NCBI GenBank assembly: GCA_014377445.1
Contig: JACMPP010000023.1
Coordinates: 1,539-65,538, forward strand
DNA length: 64,000 nucleotides
DNA from: Oligoflexus sp.
Lineage (GTDB): Bacteria > Bdellovibrionota_B > Oligoflexia > Oligoflexales > Oligoflexaceae
Direction: 5' to 3'
How positions within the stretch are numbered: the stretch's first letter is position 1; every line of letters starts with the position of its first letter. The position numbers were made by a program, and so were the translations under genes. Below the pieces are notes generated by a model that saw only the letters and a program-made list of their open reading frames with translations, was not told the origin of the DNA and searched no databases. Positions 1-9,885 of this stretch are shown one piece after another.

Positions 1-233
1 TGCAAAGTGACAATTTTGTCTTCTTCACTACTTTCGACCATATCGCGGTCCAAGAGCTCCACCTTTCCGTGGTCGGGAGGCGTTAAACCCAGGAGTACCT
101 TGAGAATAGTGGACTTGCCGCAACCACCCGGACCCAGAAGGCTGACCCTCTCACCCGGAGCTATTTTGAAGCTAATGTTTTTCAAGATGGGCGTATTATC
201 GTATGATTTCGAAACGGCATCGAGAACTATCAC
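1..233 (-). CDS. ABC transporter ATP-binding protein, N-terminal part (runs off the window edge; MlaF-like)
   Basis: Not in the ORF track. Manual translation from GTG at 233 gives [50 protein letters not shown] with Walker [10 protein letters not shown]; GGGAG SD-like site upstream. Confidence 0.85.
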   Translation of the reverse strand, partial: MIVLDAVSKSYDNTPILKNISFKIAPGERVSLLGPGGCGKSTILKVLLGLTPPDHGKVELLDRDMVESSEEDKIVTL

Positions 234-311
234 TTGGTGCAGACTCCCTTAAGTTGCCATGAGTGTAACGAAAAGACGGAAGAGCGAAAAGATCTGAGTG
301 AAGGGAAACCT

Positions 312-1058
312 ATGAAACAGATAGTTTGGACGAGACCAGCAGAAGATTGGGACAACGATCGGAAGCTCATGCGCTCGACCCAACACGTCATGCTCTTTCC
401 ATTAACGCGCCAAATTGAGATCTGTCCGAAGCTTCCCAATAAGCCTTGCGATATGGTTATCCTCACCAGCAAAAAAGCGGCCAGCGCTTTTATGCACAAA
501 GCTCAACTGTCGAAAGAAGCCCTGCAAAAACCTGAGTATATTACTTTTGGGCTCGAAACCTACAAGTATCTCCTCGAGCTTAATTTGAGGGCGCGTCTGA
601 TCGAATCACAATCAGCGAAAAAATTTGCGGAAAATCTTCTGCTCGAGATCAAGAAGACGGCGGCCATCTGGTTTCCAAGGCCACTTGATGTCGCCTTTGA
701 GCTGAGCGATTATCTTCGGGCCCAGGGCTGCGAAGTGCATGACATTGCCATGTACAAAACCGAGCCGGTAAAAAACCTCGAGGCGTCGCAAATCCAAAAG
801 CTTACGGCTGACCCTTGTATCGTTTGCCTAGCCAGTCCCAGTGCGGTGAGGTCGTTCGTCGACATCATCCTCTCCCATGACAATGGCCGTTTTCACCGTT
901 ATATTCCGGTGGTCATCGGGCCGACCACTAAGGCTGCGGCTCAAGCTTATTTCAAAGAGGTGCTGGTTTCTTCGCACAGCACCTTGCAATCGCTTTGGGA
1001 AAAGGCTTACGAGACCGCGCGCAAAGACGATATTCGCAGTTATCTCAGCGTGCATTGA
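312..1058 (+). CDS. hemD: Uroporphyrinogen-III synthase (HemD family)
   Basis: IVWTRP, VILTSKKAA, MYKT, CLASPSAVRSF and VIGPTT match HemD blocks. Start moved to ATG 312 (AAGGGA upstream). Confidence 0.8.
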   Translation: MKQIVWTRPAEDWDNDRKLMRSTQHVMLFPLTRQIEICPKLPNKPCDMVILTSKKAASAFMHKAQLSKEALQKPEYITFGLETYKYLLELNLRARLIESQSAKKFAENLLLEIKKTAAIWFPRPLDVAFELSDYLRAQGCEVHDIAMYKTEPVKNLEASQIQKLTADPCIVCLASPSAVRSFVDIILSHDNGRFHRYIPVVIGPTTKAAAQAYFKEVLVSSHSTLQSLWEKAYETARKDDIRSYLSVH

Positions 1059-1073
1059 ACCTGTTGTCCAGGC

Positions 1074-1544
1074 TCAGAGCTGAAACTTCAGGGATGCACT
1101 GACGAAATATTTGGGATTGGCCTTGAAGGTGAACGTCTGTTCCTCAGGACCATCGCTTCGAAACTCGAGAAAGATCTCCTTCCCCCAAGGCGTCTGCGTA
1201 TCCTCGTGAATGCCTAATAAACGAGCGAGTTCCTGCTCGTTTATCACCAGCAAATCAAAGGGCGATAGATCCGAGGGATCATCCGAAGATTTGATGCCCA
1301 CGACAGCTGTCGTCCCGCGTGGTGTCCTGAGAAAGGTGCCTTCGTCGGGACGTATCTCTAGGATCCATTCCTCACCATAGGTGTCCGCCTCCAGGGCTAC
1401 GTCCAGCGTGTTGTTGAAGCCTGAGCGCAGGATTTCCCAGTTGACCGCAAAAGGGAAAATCAAGCTGGGACTCGCTTTGACTTCCAATGGAATCAGGGTC
1501 GTCGCGAGCAGGATCGCGAGGCGAACAAAAGTCTTAAAGCCCAT
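1074..1544 (-). CDS. Hypothetical exported protein
   Basis: 156 aa; N-terminal signal peptide ending VKA-S; GAGGAG SD upstream. Confidence 0.7.
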   Translation of the reverse strand: MGFKTFVRLAILLATTLIPLEVKASPSLIFPFAVNWEILRSGFNNTLDVALEADTYGEEWILEIRPDEGTFLRTPRGTTAVVGIKSSDDPSDLSPFDLLVINEQELARLLGIHEDTQTPWGKEIFLEFRSDGPEEQTFTFKANPKYFVSASLKFQL

Positions 1545-1803
1545 GGTAACTCCTCTTCAGGCCAGTTCATCTTAATGGGCCCTCCGGAGAATGGCCAGTT
1601 CAAGTCGCAAGGCAACCAGCATGACATGCCCACTCGAATAAATTTCAGGAAAATCATCATTTAATGACCCAGTGTTATGTTAGAATACCGGCAGAGATTC
1701 CGTAAGCGACATGACATCCTTTATCCAATTGGCTCTTCGGGGCTTCAGGGGAATAGGAAGCATGTTCGGTGCAAAAGGTAGCATAGGACATGAGGTTCTG
1801 TTC

Positions 1804-3198
1804 ATGCACGGTATGTTACGCGCGATTCGATTGTTGACGGTCACCTTCAGCTTCATGTTTGTCTCGCTGGGAAGCCCGAGCCTTCTCGCGGGGATTCATC
1901 GAGCGCCGATTATTATTCCGGCCAAAAAGATGAAGGATATAGCCGATTATCCGGTGAAAAACTATCGGCTCTATCGCACCGACGTTCACGGCGTTGCGAG
2001 CCCCATTCCCTTTCAAATCGATGAAGTGAATAAGATCGGCGACTACGTGATGCCGGACGGGCCTACGCCGAATATCAAGACCGGAGACGGCGTCTTCAAT
2101 GAATCCGATGAGCTTTCCTTTATGGGAGACGACGTCGGGGATGCGGTGAGGCCGAAGAGCTGGCCCGACAACAAAGTGCCCGAAAACGTCTATGAATTGA
2201 AGCTGACGCCCCCCTCGGGACGCGATCCGGTTAAAGACGAAGTGCGGGAAGGTGCGGTTTATATCGCAGTCTTCAATCAGAACCCCCCGCCGATCAGTGA
2301 TCAGAAATATGTGGTCTTTAGTCTGGCCAATGGCGAAGTGGTGACTTCACGCTATCGCTACCGCTTCGACAAAAAGAATTATCTGGTCGTGAACGGTGTG
2401 GACATGAGTCCGCCCGTGAAGGATAAGGCTAGCCCGGCGCCTTCGCAAGTGCCCCTGATCGACTCCTCAACGTTTTATGCCAAAGCGGATTTAAAGTACT
2501 TTCTCACTGTTCAGGTCAACCACCGTTCCGTTAACAGTAAACTTGAAGCTTATAAAGCCGGACCAATTCGCACAATCGTCCGGGTGACCTTCTTCTACAC
2601 TTTCCTTAAACTCAACTTTGAGGTGGGGATGTATACCGAGGTGAGTTTCTTCTCGAACTCGGTGATTCTGCCGGCGATCATTTACAACCCTCTGGATGGG
2701 ATCAAGAGTCTCAACAAGGGCAGCGGTTTCTACTACGGCTTTGCGATGACAGACAGTCCCCGCAAGTATCAGTTCGACACCAACATGCGGCCTTACCAGG
2801 AGCTGGTGGATGCCGAAGCCAATCTTTTCAGCTTCCTGAAAAAAGATGTGCCGGTTGAGAAGGACTATTGGGCCAGCCTCATCGGCGATGACCGCATGAT
2901 GTATATCATGCTCAAGCCCTCGGCCACGATGCTCCAGGATCGCAACGTTCCCTATTATTTCGTAAGTGATAAATCAGGGCCGGAGCTTAAGTCTCGCGAC
3001 AATAATTTGATGAAGCCGATCCTCGAAAGTCCCGTCAACTTTGGTCTCTATTTTGACCTGACGCGATTCCGTGAGGGCGAGCATTTCATGTCGTTCCAGC
3101 TTTTCTTTGAGAACAAGAAAGACTATAAAATCCTAGACGTGTTCAGAAACCTCGATAAGTGGCGAGCACGACTGTCCAAAGTTTCGGGGACTCCATAG
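1804..3198 (+). CDS. Hypothetical exported beta-rich protein
   Basis: Long ORF with typical codon usage. Start moved to ATG 1804 (GAGGT SD), which gives a signal-peptide-like N-terminus. No family recognised. Confidence 0.75.
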   Translation: MHGMLRAIRLLTVTFSFMFVSLGSPSLLAGIHRAPIIIPAKKMKDIADYPVKNYRLYRTDVHGVASPIPFQIDEVNKIGDYVMPDGPTPNIKTGDGVFNESDELSFMGDDVGDAVRPKSWPDNKVPENVYELKLTPPSGRDPVKDEVREGAVYIAVFNQNPPPISDQKYVVFSLANGEVVTSRYRYRFDKKNYLVVNGVDMSPPVKDKASPAPSQVPLIDSSTFYAKADLKYFLTVQVNHRSVNSKLEAYKAGPIRTIVRVTFFYTFLKLNFEVGMYTEVSFFSNSVILPAIIYNPLDGIKSLNKGSGFYYGFAMTDSPRKYQFDTNMRPYQELVDAEANLFSFLKKDVPVEKDYWASLIGDDRMMYIMLKPSATMLQDRNVPYYFVSDKSGPELKSRDNNLMKPILESPVNFGLYFDLTRFREGEHFMSFQLFFENKKDYKILDVFRNLDKWRARLSKVSGTP

Positions 3199-3214
3199 TC
3201 CCTTTGGGGAAACT

Positions 3215-4069
3215 ATGCCTTTTGAAGTAACGGCTTCTCAAAAAGACCAGACGCTCCCGATGATCCTCACGCTTCGAGGTGATGAGGCGATCGTCGATGA
3301 ATTTAGCTACGATACCGATCAGGCGATGGCTTATCTTGGAATCAAGCGCTCGCGCCTGAACCAGATCTCCGGTCGCGAACTCCGGGTCGCCCGCATCCGT
3401 CGCGATCGCTATATCCGCCCCGTCTTCCGGGAATGCGATCTCAAGGATTACCTCGACTGGACCCGCGCGACAGCCACCCATCTCAGCTCCTCCAAAGCCA
3501 TCGAGCAAGCCGTCGAGAATCTCGACGATCGCTTCAATGACGTCCTGCAGGTCTTCAACGAGAAGCTCCTTCAGGTCTCCCAGGAGCAACAGGGATGGAT
3601 GAAGGGCGAGTTTGAACGCCTGCCGTCCAAGCTGCAAAACAAGGCTATTTATACGACTGAGGTAGAGCTTGAGAAGCCTCTGCATCGCGAAGATAAGCTG
3701 CTCAGAAGCCATGGCGATAAATTATCGACGCTGCGCGATGATGTGCTTACCCTGCAAATCAAGCTCAGAGAATTAACCGGCATCGTGACCTTGGTCCTGC
3801 CGGAGATTCGGGAGCTCAACGTCGGGCAGAAGGCTCTGCGTTTTGATTTTGATCAGAGGTTTGAAGGCTTGAATGCCGAGCTGAGAGATTTGCGGGTCTC
3901 GCTCGCTGGGTTTGGGGCTAGGCATGAAGTGTTTATAGAGGATCTTCGAGAGTTGGTGACGCCTGTAGTGGTCGAGGTTCAGGAAGAATTACCTGAACCT
4001 TCACCCTTGAAAATGCCTAAAAGACAAAGAGCTTTTCCGCAGCTTGCTAAGCGTCGATATGGAGCGTGA
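3215..4069 (+). CDS. Putative DNA-binding protein: excisionase/MerR-like HTH plus coiled coil
   Basis: YDTDQAMAYLGIKRSRLNQ...PVFRECDLKDYL resembles HTH_17; heptad-rich C-terminal half. Confidence 0.6.
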   Translation: MPFEVTASQKDQTLPMILTLRGDEAIVDEFSYDTDQAMAYLGIKRSRLNQISGRELRVARIRRDRYIRPVFRECDLKDYLDWTRATATHLSSSKAIEQAVENLDDRFNDVLQVFNEKLLQVSQEQQGWMKGEFERLPSKLQNKAIYTTEVELEKPLHREDKLLRSHGDKLSTLRDDVLTLQIKLRELTGIVTLVLPEIRELNVGQKALRFDFDQRFEGLNAELRDLRVSLAGFGARHEVFIEDLRELVTPVVVEVQEELPEPSPLKMPKRQRAFPQLAKRRYGA

Positions 4070-4081
4070 TAGCGCTTCAGT

Positions 4082-4309
4082 TTATTTCGTTTCGCTCATA
4101 TCGGTTTTGAGAAGTTCTAACGCTTCTTCCAGTTGGGACTCATGGACAAAGAGATGAATGCCGTTCGAAGCAGTCATTGCATTGTTGATGCCGCCGGCAT
4201 CGTCAGACCGGACCAGGACATCGATTCCACAGGCTTTGAGGAAGCTGGCAGCCATCTCGCCTTCCATGCGATCGGAATAACTTGTCAATTTACGGATTTC
4301 TTCGCTCAT
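4082..4309 (-). CDS. DUF2007-family (PII-like putative signal-transducing) protein
   Basis: EGEMAASFLKACGIDVLVRSDDAGG...IHLFVHESQLEEALELL is the typical DUF2007 pattern. Confidence 0.75.
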   Translation of the reverse strand: MSEEIRKLTSYSDRMEGEMAASFLKACGIDVLVRSDDAGGINNAMTASNGIHLFVHESQLEEALELLKTDMSETK

Positions 4310-4330
4310 ATCTGTGGGCCTAACTTTATT

Positions 4331-5032
4331 TCAAACCAGATTTTTTTCTTGAATCAACTCAATCAATTTCTCGATCGTCGAATCGATCTTGAGATGGCTT
4401 GTGTCGAGGAGTATCGCGTCGTCAGCCTGGATTAGCGGGGCGACACCTCGCGCTGCGTCCTGAGTATCGCGGGCGAGGATGCTGGCCTTGATCGTCTCGA
4501 GTTCTTCGCTGCTGGCCACTTCACCGTCTTTAAGTTGGTGAATGCGGCGACGGGCCCGTTCGTCGATCGATGCAGTAAGGAAGACCTTGAGGTCCGCATC
4601 GGGGAACACAACTGTTCCTATATCACGACCATCGACGATTGCGCCGACAGGGGAGCGGAGTGCGAGGTCTCTTTGCAGGGGGAGTAGTTTTGAGCGGACC
4701 AGAGGATTTTTGGCGATGAGACTCGCGTCTTTTCCGGCTAGGTCAGTATAGAGGTGTCCTGAAATATTCTCGCCTTGGAACCAGACTGCCTGAGTTTCCG
4801 GATCCCAGACCAGGCTTTTAGTGAATTCATCGATTACGGTGCCGATAGCCTGTTCATCGTCGAGGGCGACCTGACGCTGACGACAGATATACGCTACCGC
4901 TCGATAGAGAAAGCCGGTGTTCACGTAAGTCCATCCGAGACGCTTGCATGCTTTCGAACAGACGCTGCTCTTGCCTGAGCCGGCAGGTCCGTCGACGGCG
5001 ACGATAATGCAACGTTGTTTGGATTGATTCAT
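4331..5032 (-). CDS. cmk: Cytidylate kinase
   Basis: VAVDGPAGSGKSS, TGFLYRAVA, DGRDIGTVVFPDADLKVFLTAS; directly downstream of aroA. Confidence 0.95.
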   Translation of the reverse strand: MNQSKQRCIIVAVDGPAGSGKSSVCSKACKRLGWTYVNTGFLYRAVAYICRQRQVALDDEQAIGTVIDEFTKSLVWDPETQAVWFQGENISGHLYTDLAGKDASLIAKNPLVRSKLLPLQRDLALRSPVGAIVDGRDIGTVVFPDADLKVFLTASIDERARRRIHQLKDGEVASSEELETIKASILARDTQDAARGVAPLIQADDAILLDTSHLKIDSTIEKLIELIQEKNLV

Positions 5033-5095
5033 GGGGCGAACTCCAGGGGCATTTGATCGATGAATTTATACTAGGAACATATTGAGCAACGATCA

Positions 5096-6424
5096 CTAGA
5101 AAGTGTCGACGGCGCCAAGGGCCTCATAGAAATTCGGGAAGCTCACTCGTACACATTCCGAATCTAAAATACAACACGGCTTTTTGCAACGTCGAGCCAG
5201 AATAGCCGCTGACATTGCGAGACGATGATCGCCTTCGGGATCGAAAGTAAAAGGTGTAACATCCTTTAATCCGCCTGCAATCCAGAGATCGTCGCCACGA
5301 ATTTCAAAATCGGCTCCCGATGCTTTCAGAAGTTCGCCGGTAAGCATAAGACGATCACTTTCCTTAACTCTCAACTCCGATAATCCACGAAAGAGCGAAG
5401 GGCCTTTCGCAAATGCAGCCGCAACGGCCAAGATGGGAATTTCATCGACGAGACTGGGGATTTCCTCCTCTGAAATATCCGTTCCAACGAGCGGCATTCC
5501 ACCCTGGACTGCGAGCAGGCCCACAGGTTCAACAAATCCAATGCTTTGGGCTTGATTGGAGGTGAAACTGAGGCCCTGACTCATGCGCGCCAGGACTTTC
5601 ATGAAGCCTGTTCGTGTCGCATTATCCAAGACGTCAGGCATCTCGATGCGGCCTTCCGTCAACAAGATTCCAAGCACCGCAAAAAAAGCCGCCGAAGAAG
5701 GATCGACTGGGATTTTAACATCCATAGACTTGGTTTTAAACGGGCCTGTCAGTGCGATCTCCTCCAGATCGCCTTCAACACGGGTCTCAAGCTTAGCCCC
5801 CATTTTTTGCAGAACGCGTTCGGTGTGATCGCGAGACCCCTTGGGCAAGGATACGCGCGTTGTGCCATCGCTAAACATCCCGGCCAGGAGCAAACAGGAT
5901 TTGACCTGCGCACTCGCTTTGTCGACTTGATGCGTTTCGGCGTGGAGCGTTTGCCCCTTGATCGTGAGCGGTAGGAAATTGCCGTCATCACTGCCTTCAA
6001 TGCTCGCACCCATCTTCCGCAATGGGATCACGACACGTTTCATGGGTCTTTTCGATAGGCTTTCGTCACCAATCAGTCGAAAGTTCAGGTTTTTTTGCGC
6101 TGCGAGAATGCCAAGGATAAGACGGGCCGTGGTGCCACTGTTGCCACAGTCCAGATCGCGCGTCGGCTGGCGAAATTTGGCAAAGCCCTCAGAAAGAACC
6201 TCCACTTTCTCGTCCCCATGCACATCGATCTTGACCCCGAGCGCCTCGAAGCAGGATATAGTCGACAGACAATCCGCCCCAAGCAGAGGATGATGGATCT
6301 GGCTTCGGCCTTCGGAAAGTGAAGAGAACATAATGGCGCGATGTGTCAAAGACTTATCCCGTCCGGCCATGATCGAAATCGTGGCGGCAGAAGATCGGTT
6401 CGGGGCTTGCAAATAGCGCTTCAT
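5096..6424 (-). CDS. aroA: 3-phosphoshikimate 1-carboxyvinyltransferase (EPSP synthase)
   Basis: DKSLTHRA, DCGNSGTTAR, SAQVKS, RDHTER, LRVKESDR, DHRLAMS. Confidence 0.96.
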   Translation of the reverse strand: MKRYLQAPNRSSAATISIMAGRDKSLTHRAIMFSSLSEGRSQIHHPLLGADCLSTISCFEALGVKIDVHGDEKVEVLSEGFAKFRQPTRDLDCGNSGTTARLILGILAAQKNLNFRLIGDESLSKRPMKRVVIPLRKMGASIEGSDDGNFLPLTIKGQTLHAETHQVDKASAQVKSCLLLAGMFSDGTTRVSLPKGSRDHTERVLQKMGAKLETRVEGDLEEIALTGPFKTKSMDVKIPVDPSSAAFFAVLGILLTEGRIEMPDVLDNATRTGFMKVLARMSQGLSFTSNQAQSIGFVEPVGLLAVQGGMPLVGTDISEEEIPSLVDEIPILAVAAAFAKGPSLFRGLSELRVKESDRLMLTGELLKASGADFEIRGDDLWIAGGLKDVTPFTFDPEGDHRLAMSAAILARRCKKPCCILDSECVRVSFPNFYEALGAVDTF

Positions 6425-6505
6425 AATCTGTCCCAGGCTATATTTTCATGAGAAGTATTGTGCTACGAAATCTTTGATGTGGCTAGAGGATAGGAGGCGA
6501 GAGCG

Positions 6506-6973
6506 ATGAAATCTGTAACGGTTCACAGTCCGGCAGGCTGTATGAAGATTTACGCGAGCGAACAGGGCGTGACTCAAATCGATTTTCTTGAACAGGAAGA
6601 GCCGGAAGAAACGACTGACGATCCTATTCTCCTTCAGGTCATGTCCGAGCTGCACGAATATTTTGCAGGTGAGCGCAAGGACTTCGAGGTGGCAATCGAT
6701 CTGCAGATCGGCACAACGTTTCAAAGAGAGGCTTGGGAGAGACTGCGGGCGATACCCTATGGCAAAACAATATCCTACGCTGAGCAGGCGGCCACTATGG
6801 GAAGGCCGAAGGCTGTGCGCGCGGTCGGCGGTGCCAACGGAAAAAATCCAATACCGGTAATCATCCCCTGCCATCGCGTGCTATCATCTCTGGGCAAACT
6901 CCACGGATTTTCGGGTGGTCTCGATCTCAAGCGTTATCTCTTGAATGTCGAGGGTTTATCCGTTCCGAAATAA
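6506..6973 (+). CDS. ogt: Methylated-DNA--protein-cysteine S-methyltransferase
   Basis: GTTFQREAW, IPYGKTISY, RAVGGANGKNP, active-site PCHRV. Confidence 0.95.
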   Translation: MKSVTVHSPAGCMKIYASEQGVTQIDFLEQEEPEETTDDPILLQVMSELHEYFAGERKDFEVAIDLQIGTTFQREAWERLRAIPYGKTISYAEQAATMGRPKAVRAVGGANGKNPIPVIIPCHRVLSSLGKLHGFSGGLDLKRYLLNVEGLSVPK

Positions 6974-6983
6974 AGGGCGAGTG

Positions 6984-7565
6984 ATGAAGAAATTACGCGG
7001 CGGAAAGAGAAGGTCCAGAAGGCTCGAGCGATTGAGTTCGGTGCTCCCTGGCCTCGATATGAAGATGCTTCAGGCTAACGGCGAATACAGTGTCTTCGCC
7101 CATAGCATCAATCCCTTTGCGATCGAGCCGACACGAATCTGCTCCCCCGAGGTCCAGCTTATACTCTCCGAGTGGCTTGCCAACCTCTATATGGTCTGGA
7201 ACAAAAAACTGAAGAAAGAACTGGGAGCGGAGCCTTATTTTCTAGAGGTTTGGCTCGACGCACCTTCGCTGGCCCAGGCCCGCATCATCTGTGCGAAAGG
7301 CCCGAAAATTGAAGAATGCAAAAGCCGCCTGGCCGGTGCCCTGGACAATCAGGAATTTCCCTATGATGAATATGTGAGCGAACCGCTCGAGAATCTGAAA
7401 TGGAAGCAGCGGCAGGAGCCGGTCGTGATCATGGAGAAGGAGTTTGAGGAGCTGCCTCATTTCTATCGCATGTTTGAGGAGATGTCTTACAGTAAGAAGA
7501 AGAATGAGCAGGGCGAAAACTATCTGCTCATACCAGGACGATCTTTCTGGGTCGGTACCAAGTAA
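6984..7565 (+). CDS. Hypothetical protein
   Basis: MKKLRGGKRR start 10 nt after the ogt stop; globular composition; probably co-transcribed with ogt. Confidence 0.65.
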   Translation: MKKLRGGKRRSRRLERLSSVLPGLDMKMLQANGEYSVFAHSINPFAIEPTRICSPEVQLILSEWLANLYMVWNKKLKKELGAEPYFLEVWLDAPSLAQARIICAKGPKIEECKSRLAGALDNQEFPYDEYVSEPLENLKWKQRQEPVVIMEKEFEELPHFYRMFEEMSYSKKKNEQGENYLLIPGRSFWVGTK

Positions 7566-7572
7566 CCGCGCT

Positions 7573-8115
7573 TCAGCGCGACTTGCCAGCGATCCATTCG
7601 CGGGGCCAGACCCACTCGTCGCCGCCGCAGGCCAACTCCATCGAACCATCCTCAGTCACCGCAAGAACCTTGAGCTCTTCCCCGCAAAAGGGGATGAGTT
7701 CTTTGATGAAGGGATTGCCTGGGAAGAGGATGTCTTCAAAGAGATTGGCGCGAATTCCGCGCCGCTCGGCCAGGGCCATCATCTTTCGATAGGAAATCGT
7801 TCGAACCAAATCACCTTCGGCGACTTCGGCCAAATCCGAGCTTCGTCTGACGATCTTGAGAGCCAGAAAAAAGCGATCGTAGTCATTGTCATCAAGGCGA
7901 GCTACATCCTGCAGTTTAACGGAGCTTTCCGAATCAAAAAGGCTGATTGCAACCTCGGCCACGATGCGCTCGACTTCGCTAAGATTGGCATCTTCTGAAA
8001 GATCCTCGTCGATCTCCCGATTGCGTTCAATCCAGATATTATCGCAAAGACGACTCCAGGGCGCGCAGAGAAAATTGATGGCGTCGACGCAGGATTCGCT
8101 AAATACAGTCTTCAT
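7573..8115 (-). CDS. Hypothetical protein
   Basis: 180 aa, GAGGA SD, 12 nt downstream of the GH1 gene. Confidence 0.65.
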   Translation of the reverse strand: MKTVFSESCVDAINFLCAPWSRLCDNIWIERNREIDEDLSEDANLSEVERIVAEVAISLFDSESSVKLQDVARLDDNDYDRFFLALKIVRRSSDLAEVAEGDLVRTISYRKMMALAERRGIRANLFEDILFPGNPFIKELIPFCGEELKVLAVTEDGSMELACGGDEWVWPREWIAGKSR

Positions 8116-8127
8116 CGTCCTCGTTCC

Positions 8128-9501
8128 TTATTCGCGATAATCAAAGCTGGGATCGAATTCGTGATCGCGGGTGTCGATCACCTGGCTATACCAATGGGCG
8201 CTGTCTTTGAAGATGCGCTCCTGAGTTTCAAAATCGACCCAGATCAATCCATAGCGTTTGCCATAACCTTCCGTCCATTCAAAACCATCGAGCAGGGAAC
8301 GGACAAAATAGCCTTTGACGTTTACGCCCTTATCGATGGCCTCTCGGATGGCTTCCAAATGCCTTGAAATGTAGGCCGAACGACGATGATCGCTGATGCG
8401 GCCAAACTCATTGGGAGCATCGCCATAGGCTGCTCCATTTTCGCTGATGAAGATCTCTTTGGGCGCGTACTGCTGCAGATTGAGTAGGGCCTCTGTCAAA
8501 TACTCTGGAGCGACTTCGAGGCCGCTGTCCGTGATGTATTTGCGGTCGATCGTTTCGGTCGCCCGCTTGCGCACCAGTTTTTCAGTCGTGTGGACGATGG
8601 TCCGGGCGTAATAATTCACGCCAAGGAAATCAAGTGAGTCCCGAATGATCTTCATGTCGCCCCGTTGAATCCAATCGAGGCCGAGGGTTCCCGATTCGGC
8701 TTTGGCGAGCGGGATGATGTCTTCGGGATATTCGCCCTTGAAGAGGGCATCGAGATACCAGCGCTGTTCGCGTCCGTCCCATTCGCGGGCTGCCCGATGA
8801 TCCGCATCGGAATCGGAGGCCGGTACAGCCGGACTTATTTTCAGATTCAGGCCGACCTTCATCGGGCCTTCCGATCGAAGCGCTTCCGCGGCCAGACTAT
8901 GGCTCAAAAGGAGATGATGGCTTGCAATCCATCCGTCGCGGGGCTTTTGTTCGCCGGGAGCAAGCTCGCCCGTTGCATAGCCTCGATAGGCCTGGCTTCG
9001 CGGATCGTTGTGGGTGATCCAATTCTTCACTCGATCACCAAGACGAGCGGCCAGTTTTTGGGCGTAATCAGCAAAGTGCCAGATGTTGTCGCGCTTAACC
9101 CAACCGCCGCGATCCTCCATGACCAAAGGCAGGTCCCAATGATTGAGAGTGATCCATGGATCGATTCCCTGTTCCAGTATTCCATCGATTAAACGATCAT
9201 AAAAATCCATACCCCGATCGCTCGTCGTTCCAATGCCGCTCGGCAAAACCCGACTCCAAGATACCGAGAAATTATAGGACTGGAGGCGAATCCTTTTCAT
9301 AAGCAAAAGGTCTTCTGCATAGCGATTGTAATGATCGGCCGCGTCTTCGGCGTTGCTCGCGTCGGCAATCACGGATGGCTTCGAACAAAATTTATCCCAA
9401 ATAGATGGCGTCCGACCACCTTCTTCTGCGCCGCCTTCAATTTGAACGGCGGAGGAGGTGGCCCCAAAAAGGAATGATTCGGGAAGCAATCTTTTAGCCA
9501 T
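8128..9501 (-). CDS. Glycoside hydrolase family 1 protein with altered active-site residues
   Basis: FLFGATSSAVQIEG, TLNHWDLP, GVNYY and nucleophile ISENG; acid/base motif reads THNDP rather than TxNEP. Start set at MAKRLLPESF. Confidence 0.9.
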   Translation of the reverse strand: MAKRLLPESFLFGATSSAVQIEGGAEEGGRTPSIWDKFCSKPSVIADASNAEDAADHYNRYAEDLLLMKRIRLQSYNFSVSWSRVLPSGIGTTSDRGMDFYDRLIDGILEQGIDPWITLNHWDLPLVMEDRGGWVKRDNIWHFADYAQKLAARLGDRVKNWITHNDPRSQAYRGYATGELAPGEQKPRDGWIASHHLLLSHSLAAEALRSEGPMKVGLNLKISPAVPASDSDADHRAAREWDGREQRWYLDALFKGEYPEDIIPLAKAESGTLGLDWIQRGDMKIIRDSLDFLGVNYYARTIVHTTEKLVRKRATETIDRKYITDSGLEVAPEYLTEALLNLQQYAPKEIFISENGAAYGDAPNEFGRISDHRRSAYISRHLEAIREAIDKGVNVKGYFVRSLLDGFEWTEGYGKRYGLIWVDFETQERIFKDSAHWYSQVIDTRDHEFDPSFDYRE

Positions 9502-9885
9502 AGCTAGAGGTCCAAACTTTGTTTTTTGAGCGCGGTCTAAATGGAGCATGGTCAGGATATACAAGAGAAAGTCGCGAGATAACGCTCGTTTGCATGCCTT
9601 GTGGAAGGCTGTTGAGTGAAAATACCAGTAATTCACCCTGTCTTCCAGTTCTACTTGGGACCTGTCATTCCAAGCTTAAGAATCAGGTCTTTACAGGGTG
9701 CTAATAAGCACCCTGAATCATAGGCCTTGGATAGTTTCGATCATCATCTTTCCGTTTACGTATAAATGATTTTCTGGAGATGTTCCCTGAAAGATTTACA
9801 ATGATGGAAGAATCAAAAACAAGAACTATTGCTCTGTGCTGTCTCTTCAATTGCACTCGTGTATTGGACTGGCCATGAGAAATAT

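Noticed and set aside
7-252. 81-aa plus-strand ORF
   Set aside because: Antisense shadow of the ABC ATPase on the minus strand.
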